A stretch of DNA of 64,000 bases from Octopus vulgaris (taxonomy: Eukaryota). The notes under the pieces were generated by a model, which was not told the DNA's origin, did no database searches, and worked only from the letters and a program-made list of their open reading frames with translations. A program made the position numbers and the translations under genes. The stretch covers positions 57,722,001 to 57,786,000 of the forward strand of contig OX597822.1 in the NCBI GenBank assembly GCA_951406725.2, written 5' to 3'. This document shows positions 53,080-64,000 of this stretch, piece after piece. The stretch's first letter is position 1. Each line of letters opens with the position of its first letter.

Positions 53080-55580
53080 AGTGAGGTCGTTGCCAGTGCT
53101 GCTGGGCTGGCTCCTGTGCAGGTGGCACATAAAAAACACCATTTCGAGCATGGCCGTTGCCAGTACCACCTGACTGGCCCTTGTGCCGGTGGCAAGTAAA
53201 AGCACTCACTACACTCTCAGAGTGGTTGGCGTTAGGAAGGACATCCAGCTGTAGAAATTCTGCCAGATCAGATTGAAGCCTGGTGCAGCCATCTGGTTCG
53301 CCAGTCCTCAGTCAAATCATCCAACCCATGCTAGCATGGAAAACAGATGTTAAACGATGATGATGATGATATATATACACACATATACACATATATATTT
53401 ACATATCTCCAACAGCTATCTTATCTGTTGTCACTCCCAGTATCCTCAGATATATACTGTAGCTCCCTCTGAGCCCCACTCCTATATTTCTGGCAACCAC
53501 TTGCTAAAATTGCCCCTATCCCATCTCTAATTATCTCTCCACATTCTTATGAAACTTACCCCACTATCCCTCCTGCCCACTCACCCAGTCCAATCTTCAT
53601 ATACCCCTTCACCGTACTTTGAGGGTATTTCCTGACACATCTCCACTACCCTCTCTCTCACTCTCTTCTTCTCTATCTTTCACTCTAAGCCTCTCTTTCT
53701 CTCCTTTCTTTCCCAAATGGATTATCTTTGCATCTCTTCTACAGCAAGGTGCCTACCTCTATCCCTGTATTATCTTTTTTAACCTCTCATCAATTAGCAC
53801 AATGCCATTTCCCTCAATACTACTTACCCTCCCAATCAAGGGGGTTTTGCCTTGTAAGTTATTAGGTGACCCTGCTAGTGCCACACAAAAAAAGCACCCA
53901 GTACACTTTGTAATGTGGATGGCATCAGGAAGGACATCTAGCCATAGAAACCATGCCAAAGTAGACAAGAGAGCTTGGTGCAGTCCTCTGGTTTGCCAGC
54001 TCTTGTCAAACTGTCCAACCCATGCCAGCATGGAAAAGGACATTAAATGATGATGTTATACATACTGTTTAAACAAGCTCTGACTGGTATAACTCCAAAG
54101 TTACAATCAATAAGAAAATTGTTTGTAATAAATATTAAGTTCTACACAAATTGCATTCTTTATTCAGTTAATGTTTGTTTTATTTGCTTAAAACAACTTC
54201 TTTTAACTGTTCTTAATAGTTTGTGGCACATCTAAAGTTTGTTCAGTAGATGGTGTGTCAAGAGGTTAGTCAACTTTGTAGAGCTCAGCCAACTCCAAAA
54301 TGACTCCAAAAGAAAAATTGGACTTTTAACACTACTAATCTTACTTTGACAGTGCATGCAACAAGTTGTACATTTGTGTGGTACCTGCTAAAATATCTAA
54401 GAGGATGAAACATTGCAAATGAAGTAACTTTGTCATGGATACACCATAAACTTAGTACACTCTGTAAAGTGGTTGGTGTTAGGAAGGGCATCCAGCCACA
54501 GAAACTATACCAAAACACACAAGCAGAACCTGGTGCAGCTCTCCAGTTTTCCAGCTCTAGCCAAACTGTCTGACCCATGCCAGCATAGAAAAGAGACAGA
54601 CGACGACGATATATATGTACACCAGTCTTGTACTGGTTTCAGTCATTGTACTATAGCCATGCTGGGACACTACCTACAAGTATTTTAGTAGGTCCTGTTG
54701 AACTCAGAAGTCTATCAAATTGTTAAATTGCACATTTATACATAATGAGACAAAACGGAGCTGTTTACACCAATAAATATAAATATAGAAAGGCAATCAT
54801 GGAGACAAACTGACATACACACAGATAACAAATTTTACTTAAGAATTTATTGTGAATTCTGTGAAATAACTTTGTATGAAATTACTTGAGTTTTGACACA
54901 ATTTCAACTCTTTTGCTAGAGAGTGAACATATTTAAGTGTTGTCCTTCTTCAGTCAGTTTGACAAGTAACAACACAACATTTATTGAAAAATTAGCACCA
55001 TCCTTATATGTCAATTATCTATAAAAACATTTAATCTCTTTATATGAAGCTGAGATTTTTCTGGAGTTACTTCTAACTATTGTTCACTCTCTTTCAAGTA
55101 TTGTCATTGTATTGTGATTTATTCTATAGAAAAGGAGTAACTGTCCAAACATAATTGGACATGAAACCATATAATGTAATCTTCAGATGTTTGAAAGACA
55201 GAAGGGTATGAAAAGAAAAATGCAATTTCAGCAGTTTGTTTATAGAGTTACATGCATACACATACACACACATATATACATATACACCAGCACACACACT
55301 AGCAATGATCACATCCCAGCACCCACACTACACACTATCATCCACACACCCAAACACCATCATTCACACACCCACACACAATCTTCAATAGCGTCACCTA
55401 TAGCGTCACTCATACTACTATATGAGCACCCACACATTACAGATGCACACACACTAGCACTGACCACTTCCCAGCACCCACACCAGACACCATCTAATTT
55501 TTTTTCTAATCAGTTGCCATGTTTGACTGCTATATCCACAAGTTTTTTTTTATTCTCTCTCTGTTTATTTTCTCTTATTC

Positions 55581-55616
55581 CTTTCTGTTGAAGAGCGTAG
55601 GCTTGAAACATAAAAG
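55581..55616 (+). ncRNA. Decayed minimal hammerhead-like motif
   Basis: cttt-CTGTTGA-a-gagc-gtag-gctt-GAAAC-ATA-aaag. Same layout and T-rich tail as 52409, but core positions are mutated. Confidence 0.35.
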
Positions 55617-55704
55617 ACTTTTTCACTTTCCCAAACATCAAACTATTACACCTGCTTGCTGTTCATAAACCTGTCTTTGTCTTTTGTTTTTCTATAAATT
55701 TCAA

Positions 55705-55740
<36 letters not shown>

Positions 55741-57721
55741 CATCATCATCATCACCCCCATCATCATTTAATGTCCACATTTCCATGTCCGCATGGGTCA
55801 GATAGAATTTTATTGTGGTAGATTTTCTACTGCCAGATGACTTTGCTGTCATCAACCCTCACTTGTTTCAAAGCCAAGTAATATTTTCCCTTGTTTTCAT
55901 GGAAGACTGGAAATGAACAACCTTGTTTGTATTATGATAGTGCTCATTTGCAATCATTACATGCTGTCCAAACAAGCCACACACACACACACACAAATAA
56001 GCAGTTCTTGTGAAACTGCACAACCCATACCAGCATGGAAAAAGGACATTAAATGATAGCAATGTGATGATGATGATGATGATGATAATGATGACAGTGA
56101 TAATGATGACAGTTTCCATTTACAAAACACATTCATCAGGTTTTTGTTGGTCCAGGACTACGATGACAAGGTTGGGGAGGCAAGCTTCTTAACTATGCCA
56201 TAAACCATCTACTTACCTAAGATACTAAGATGGTAAGTTGTAATTTGGGGAAGATTTGGATGCTATTTCTGGTAGTCTGAACAACTGTGTACAGTTTCTC
56301 TCATTTGCTAGAATAAGAGTAGGATTATGTCCAGGATGAGATGATGCCATATGAGGAACAGATAATGTAGTCATAACAATACAATGAGGACATCATCATG
56401 ATAATAAACACACAACACCAAAGCATTAAATGCTGACCCATATCAATTAGTGAGGCAGAAAAGATTTAAAATAATCCTTTCTATTATAGGCACAAGGCCT
56501 GAAATTTGGGGGAGGGGGATAATCGATTACATCGACTCCAGAGTTTTACTGGTACTTAATTTATTGACCCCGAAAGGATAAAAGGCAAAGTCGACCTCAG
56601 CGAAGATTTAAAATAATGGAACATCAGATTAATTGCTTGGTGCATTGCTGTACTCAAGAAGGCCCACCCACAACAAAAGAATTGAGATTCTAAGACCTCA
56701 GGTGTCACATGAAAAGCATTGGTGTGAGTGCTGGTGCCACATGAAAAGCACTGGTAATGGTGCCATATAAAAAACATCCAGTACATTCTGTGGAATGGTT
56801 GGCATCAGGAAGAGCATCCAGCTGTAAAAACCAAGCCAAAACAGACTATGGAACCTTGTGCAGCCCCTGACCATCCCAGTTCCTGTCAAGCCGTCTAAAC
56901 CATGCCAACATGGAAAATGGACATTAGATGATGATGATGATGATAATGACGACAATGATGTTCTGAATTCAAATTCTACCAAAGCCAACCCTAAATTTTA
57001 TGTCTCAAGGTTCAATACAATAACGACCTATCACAAAGTGTGACTGATAATTAAATTAACAATTCCTCATTCCTGATATTTTTTGTATTATGCTGCAGTA
57101 AGGAATTATCTGTTAAATAGTGATGGAAAGGAAACATTATCACACACAGACACACATAAATCAATATTTTATTTACCTTACATAATCGCAGCAGAAGAGC
57201 CAGTGGCCTCACTTTTCATAATAGAATCAGTAGCTTAACTTTACTTTCCATAACAGAGTCAATGACTTAACATTGCAAAAGAGTTAGTGGTTTAACTTTC
57301 CATAACCTGTTTTATCCAACAATAGAATATACACCATACTAACTTTGCACTGTCAGTTATCTAGCAATAGAGCTCTGAAAAACCTGCTCAATATCCCTGA
57401 CAGACAGACAGACAGGTAGATGTAGTATGCAGAACTACATGTCTAAAATAACAATATGACAAAATGAACTTGTTCACAGCTACATGGCACTTTAGGTGTC
57501 TTCTGCTATAACATCAGGCTAACCAAAGCCTTATGACTAGATTCAGGTGATGGAAACTGAAAGAAGCCCACAGTGTGAGATATATGCATGTATGTTTGTG
57601 TGTGTTTGTTTACATTTGTGTTCACTTCTACACAAGTCATGGCCTACAAGTAGTGATGTTATCACTTCTACTGTCAGGAAATAATTTGTTCGCATTATGG
57701 TTTAGAAGTTGTATGAAATAA

Positions 57722-57942
57722 CTCTTTAGCATTTAAACTGGCTATATCCAGCTCAAATATTCTACTTGTCTTACATTCAAATGGGCCAGATTTGGCTTCT
57801 CACAGCAAACCCTACTATATCATTCTAAAAATAAACAACCACATCATCGAAATCTCAAAGCTACAAGTTAATGCATGACTAATTCAAAACAATATAAATA
57901 AATAAGCATTACATTTGACAAAGTAACACGAATGCTAAAGGA
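57722..57942. mobile_element. piggyBac-type MITE, family B (reverse copy at about 16786-16991)
   Basis: Termini ctctttagcatt / aatgctaaagga. The internal sequence is shared in reverse with 16786-16991. Confidence 0.6.
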
Positions 57943-58422
57943 ATAATAGATCCTTTACTTGGAAAACAGGTTAGCACCAGGAAGAGTATCCAGTGTTGAA
58001 AGACAATACCTCAATAACACATTCATCTAACCCACGCAAGCATGGAAAAATTGATCTAAAAACCAAACTAAAGCCAGTGAAAAGTAAGTGGAAAACTGTA
58101 TCCATTTCATCAGATTACCTCTACATTTGTTTACAGCAATTTATTACAAGAAGTACAATGGTTGTGAGGTTAAACTGTTGGACTGTTGATGGCATAGTAT
58201 TGAGTTCAAGTGTCACCAGTGCTCAACTGGTACTTAGTTTATCGATTCCAGAAGGATAAAAGACTAAGTCAACCTCTAGCATTTGAACTCAGAACATAGA
58301 GACGGAAAAATACCACTAGGCATTTTGTCCGACGTGCTAGCAATTCAGCCAGATCGCCACCTTACATACACATATAATCAGCAGAAAAGTTACAAAAGTG
58401 ACTCAAGAACCAAGAGTTTTAA

Positions 58423-58641
58423 CCCTTTTGATATCCAATCCACTAGTGACCACCCCTGGTGAACATAAACTTTAAAACATTTAAGGCGATCTAAATTAAA
58501 ATCTACCATCAAAATTTCATGCTAGTTTAAGTTCTAAGCACCAGCTTTAATAATCACAAAATTATTTTACTAAATTCTTAATTATTTTAATTATTAATCG
58601 AAACAGAGGGAAAGTATTTCAGCAGAAATACAGTAATGAAA
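58423..58641. mobile_element. piggyBac-type MITE, family A, decayed copy
   Basis: TTAA-cccttttgata at the left end and internal similarity to 35472-35693. The right TIR is eroded. Confidence 0.6.
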
Positions 58642-58673
58642 CTTATCCTGCAAACCAATACATGTGTGTGTGT

Positions 58674-58717
<44 letters not shown>

Positions 58718-60910
58718 ATACACACACACACACACACACAAGTGCCTGTATGTATATAAACATATCCTATTCACACACACACATATCATACACTGATAAT
58801 TGCCATTTTATACATTCACATGAAATAATATCTCCTACAATTATCTCAGTCAGAGGTAAATACACATTCAATGTAATACATACATACAGGCACTTTCACA
58901 CTGTAAGTATACATACGGAGGTATAATCATATCTCTGTATGTATCATGAAACTGAAGTATAATCACACGAAAATACGTACCATGAAACTGAATTCACAGC
59001 ATGTGGGGTTAATAGTTTACATTTAGTATAGACATACACTGAATTTGAAACATCATGGGTATTATGCTAGTCTACATCAGCCATTTACTGAGTAACACAC
59101 TAGATTCTACTTAAATTCCATTAATTTAGCATTTTTATAATGAATTGGTAACCACTTATTTCTTATTCTTAATAATTAACACTTTACAAGGTGCCAAGCT
59201 GGCAGAACCATTAGCATGCCAGGTAAAATGCTTAGTGGCATTTCATCTGTCTTTATGTTCTGTGTTCACATTCCGCCGAGGTTGATTTTGCCCTTCATCC
59301 TTGGGGGGGGGGATAAAATATCATAGATAGGGGTCTATAAAAGGGGTCCCAGGGAGTGGTGTCACTGCCTTCCTGAGCTAGTTTTCCACCACATTTCTTA
59401 AGAATCATAGTAGAGGCCTTGGTCTTGGGACCACTCATGTCTAGAAACTGAGGTTAGGGGTAAGCAAGGGCATGCTCCCTGTAGAAAATCCAGCTCCAAA
59501 GAAGCCTCATGATAGCAAGGGAGAATGGGCACCAGTCAGCCCAAAGGTTGGGGTGGGCTGCATCTGCCTGCCTCAGTTGCTATGGCATTGAGGTAGATCT
59601 GGCTACCCTCATTAACGGGGACAAAACCCAGATTTAAAACACTAGATGATGATGATGATGATGTACAGGAGATCAATGTAATTGATTTACTCCTTCTCCC
59701 AAACTTTCTGGCCCTGAGCCAAAATTTAAAACCAATAACTAACACTTATAAGGTAGCAAGCATTTCATCAGTCAACTTTGCTTTTCATCCTTTAGGGGTC
59801 AATAAAATAAGTATCAGTAGAGAGCTGGGGTCAATATAAAATTACTTAGCTCCTCCCATGAATTTGCTGGCCTTGTACCAAAATTTGAAACCAATCATTA
59901 ACACTTATAATTTTAGACTGGATAGACAGTACCTATCCAGACTGAAACTATAATTAGGCATGCACATACACACACACCTTATAAAAACTGCTAGTGTGCA
60001 AGCATGGCTGTGTGGTTAAGAAGCTTTGTTTTCCAACCATATTGCCTTGGGTTCAATCCCACTGAGCAGAATCTTGAGAAAGTGCCTTCTATGTAGTCAT
60101 TATATTAGTTTCAAATATTGACAGAGGTCCATCAATTTCAGGAGAGGGGCTAAGTTGATTGCATCAACCCCAGTGTTCAACTGGTACATATTTTATCGAC
60201 CCTGAAAGGATGAAAGGTATAGTCGAATCCAATGGCATTTGAAATGAGAATATAAAGATGGACAAAATGCTAATAAGCATTTTGCTCAACATGTTAATGA
60301 TTCTGCCAGCTTCCCACCATTTGTAGTCATATTATAAATGTGTTTGGTTTTGTACATCATTATCATCATTATCATCATTTTAACATCTAGTTTTCCATGA
60401 TCACATAGGTTACATGGAATTTTGCTGTGGTAGATTTTCTATGGCCAGATGCATGCTCTTCCTATCATCAACCTTCATATGTTTCCAAGTAAGGTAGTAT
60501 TTCCTCAGGGCTAGACATGTACCCATGAAAGATTGGAAATGGACACCATTTGCATGATGGTAACACTTGCTTACAACTTATTACATGATGTCAAGGCAAG
60601 GAGTCAGTAATACACCCCCACCCTGGCCTCTTTCAGCTTGAGTCTACCAAATTTACTCGCAAGTCTTTGGTCAATCTGATAGAAGACAATTGCCCAAGGT
60701 GCCATACAACTATGTGGTTAGGTAGCACACTTATCCATCAACCACACCTGCACCTATGTAAGAAATCATTACCATTTAAGTAGTTGAGTATTCCACAGAC
60801 TCATGTATTTTTAACATAATGTGAAGCACATTCAATGTGATAAGACAAGGCTCTTTGAATTACAGCAACTGTCAGTACAAATCTGATTTATAAGAACTCA
60901 AAATGCTCAC

Positions 60911-61009
60911 CAGTCGTCTGGCCTGAGGATCTGCTCCTTGTCGCAGCAACTCCCGTACACATTCTAAATGGTTATTTGCTGACGCTAATATTAAAGGCGT
61001 CGTACCTTC
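60911..61009 (-). CDS. ANKRD29: ANKRD29-like exon, most 5' coding exon found (EGTTPLILASANNHLECVRELLRQGADPQARRL)
   Basis: Manual translation. 99 nt = one ankyrin repeat, ttacag acceptor, gtgagc donor, phase 0/0. Parallels human ANKRD29 HGTTLLMVAAYAGHIDCVRELVLQGADINLQRE as recalled. Not in the ORF track. Confidence 0.88.
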
Positions 61010-61664
61010 CTGTAAGAGGAAAAGAAAAAAACATAGAGAATTAATAATAGTTAAAAAAAAATAGTTATTTAAGTAAAGTAAATCATCATTATTACAAAAA
61101 ACACAATTTTTTCATCTCAACAGATCATTTTCTTTTAAGTGCTTCGAAAACCCTGAGAGTCTGGTACTTAGCATTAGTTTCATAGTATCATATTGATAAG
61201 CTAGATGACATATATACTTTTGTCTCTTTATGTTCTTAAATCAAACTGTGTCAACAGTTTCATCCTTCCAAGTTCAATAAAATAAAGTACCAGCAAAGTA
61301 TTGAGTTCAATTTAATCAACCTCAGTAATATACTGCAAAAGATAATGTATTAGGCTGCTAGATCATGGACCATGAGTTCATATACACGGTAGACTGCTGA
61401 GAGGAACAAAGAGGAGAGAGAGAAAATTTGGTCAAGAGAAGACATAAGCCACAAAATGTCCAAACTTGTTAGTATTAAGTGTCTTCTCTCTACACCCAAC
61501 TACATTGGCCACCACTGCTAACACCAATACTGCAACTACCAAAACCAGTTGCTTGGTTTTACTTTTCCTTCTGTTAAATATTAGACAACCCACCCACCAC
61601 AACAGAACAGAACAAAATTGGTATCCTGCAACCACCTTAGTAATGCTTGCCCATGAAGGGCAAT

Positions 61665-61794
61665 GGTGCTGATGTCAGGTAAAACATACTGGTGCTAGTG
61701 TCACATAAAAAGCACAGGTGCTGGTGCCACGTAAAAAGCACTGGTGCTGGTGCCACGTAAAAAGTACTGGTGTTGGTGCCACATAAAAATCATC
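61665..61794 (+). repeat. 26-bp minisatellite x5 (ggtgctggtgccacgtaaaaagcact) inside an RTE-3'-derived repeat
   Basis: Units start at 61665, 61691, 61717, 61743 and 61769. Confidence 0.85.
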
Positions 61795-64000
61795 CATTAC
61801 ACTCTAAAGTGGTTGGCATTAAAAAGGGAATCAAGCTGTAGAAACTGAGATAGAACAGACTGCGGAATCTGGTGCAGCTCATAGCCTTGTCAGTATCATT
61901 GCATTTGACAAAATAATCTTTATGCTAAAGGGTTAATCTTCTACCTCTGTACTAAAGAACTGTACAAACATAGCTAACCAGAAATACATTGAAACTCCAC
62001 GTGGCTGCTCATCCTGCTCAAAATAGTTAAATCTCCCTTAAATCACAACCTACCATCTTAAAAAGGGAAAGTACTAAGGGATAATTAATGTAGCCCAGAA
62101 CATATTGTTTGTAAAAACAGTTTGGGTGGTGATAATCAGGATTAACCTGGAGACTAGCTATTAACAATAAAACAACAATTTCAATTACAAGACAATTGGT
62201 TTCTGTACTTAGCATTCATTTCACTCTCTCTACTACCACCACCACCACCACTGCCACTACTGTTGCCACTCCCACCATTGCTGCTACTGTCACTACTACT
62301 GCTGTTGCTGCCACCACCACAATCACCATACACACTATTACATTATTAACCTTAGCTTTTGTAACACGTACTAATGGTATGGACGTGCTACGCAAAGGAT
62401 TATAGCTTTCCCACTAATCCATTTGTTTAAATGAGTGACTACAGTCACAAGATACTTATCCCAAAATACCCAGCAATATCAGGTGGTACAAAGGACATTT
62501 AAGACAAAACATACCTGGTCAATACGTCTAATTTCAGTAAATAATATTAGAGCAATGAAAGGAAATGAGCTGACAGAATCATTACCACGCCAGAAAAAAA
62601 TGCTTAGTGGAATTTCTTCTGTCTTTACATTCTGAATTCAAATGCTTCCAGGGTCAACTTTGCCTTGCATTTTTTCAGGGGTAAATAAAATAAGTACCAG
62701 TTGGCACTGAGGTCAATGTAGTCAACTTACACCCACCCCAACAATTGCTGGCCTTATGCCAGAATTTGAAACCAATATTAGAGCAATGGAAAAAAATACC
62801 TTGAGATATTAATTACATCTCTGTTTTGAGTTCAAATCCTACCTAAAAGGACATTGCCTTCCATCCTTCTGGGAGTTGTTGATGTATTTTAGTACTACAT
62901 CAGTCCTGATTGAGCAGACATATGATCAAAGGTATTCCAGATGGAACCCTCTTGTCTTCAATTTTTTTCTCAGATATAGCGTACCTGGGACTACATTATC
63001 CATTGAGTCCTGTTGTCTTAACAACAGATTGTGATTTGAGGGGAATTTGGCTGCTATTACTAGCTAATGTAGAAGCTAATGAGTACTAGTGAAGTACTAG
63101 AGGTAATATAATCAATTGTGTTTTCCTCTACAATATGTTACCTTGTGCTTCTATTAGAAATTAATATGAATTGACCTTACCACTCTCCCAAAATATGTCA
63201 GAAATCATTATTTACCTATACATATGACAGAATCAGTAAAACAGTAAGCAAAATGCCTCATAATATTTAGTTACATCTCTCTATGTCTGGAGTTCAAGCT
63301 GGAGCCATCTTTCACTATTATCTGTTAGGGGATTGATAAAAAATTAGTGCCAATCCAAGTTGATATAACCAGCTAAAACACCCCCCGCCCTACACCTGAA
63401 ACGTGTGCTGTCATGCTCATGTTCAAAATTATTAAAACTAACAGCAACATTAACTGAAAATAAATATTTTTTAAATCCTATTTATAAAGAGAAGCAAAGG
63501 TTAAGAGTTATGGTGTCTAACTGTCTCTAGAAACTAATCTACTGGCAAGAAGTAGTAATAAAATTACTACACAAAAAAGAAAGACGACCAGATAATTGGA
63601 TTGCATTGTCTATGCAAATAGACTTTCTATTTTAACACAGTTCTAAGGTGAACTTTTTCGTTGACAAATCTACCAATTTACTGTTCAACAGTTCTTCCAC
63701 CTCATACTATGTTGTGAAGTGTGTGTATGTGTGTGTGGAGATAGAGAGAAAGGCAAGGGTATTTCTTTGTTTCTATTTCTTCCTCTCAAGCTTATGTATG
63801 AGCTGACAGAATGACTGAACTACTAGTAACCTGACCATAACTTAAACTTCATGCATTTGATTCTGACAAAACGGAAGGTGTTGTTTCCATAGGTACTGTC
63901 TTCCTGAAAGTGCTTCTGGATACACAAACATAATTCTGAAAAGGATCAATGAGGGAAAGCGGCTATGCACTCATTTGATATATCAGAAGTAAGTGCCAAA

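Noticed and set aside
63630-63705. Minus-strand peptide YEVEELLNSKLVDLSTK resembling the missing upstream ANKRD29 exon (LLLNSGRVDVDC)
   Set aside because: In-frame stops on both sides, no suitable phase-0 donor, and no ankyrin helix-1 motif. Probably chance.

Overview
This is AT-rich, microsatellite-dense eukaryotic genomic DNA. Its SINE/LINE landscape suggests an octopod cephalopod (inference, not searched). One host gene is supported: a minus-strand ankyrin-repeat gene matching ANKRD29. It has seven GT-AG, phase-0 coding exons (60911-61009, 23804-23902, 21175-21372, 19200-19298, 16641-16736, 14729-14827, 11646-11855; 299 codons plus stop), and its first exon(s) were not found in the window. 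Its 37-kb intron carries: a young, 5'-truncated RTE-clade LINE with an uninterrupted 945-aa endonuclease/RT ORF that has a PHD-type C4HC3 finger inside the RT; older RTE and jockey/I-like remnants; a nested TE stack; and Penelope-like palindromic repeats with hammerhead-like motifs. Across the window there are also mariner and maT remnants, piggyBac-type and Tc1-type MITEs, non-autonomous Helitron-like elements, several tRNA-derived SINE families and several long hairpins. Most short ORFs in the track are artefacts of microsatellites or repeats. I cannot claim a definitively new system. The best leads are the PHD-in-RT LINE, its in-frame cryptic acceptor, the hammerhead-bearing palindromic elements and the dsRNA-forming intronic structures. 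Repeat boundaries were read by eye and are approximate.
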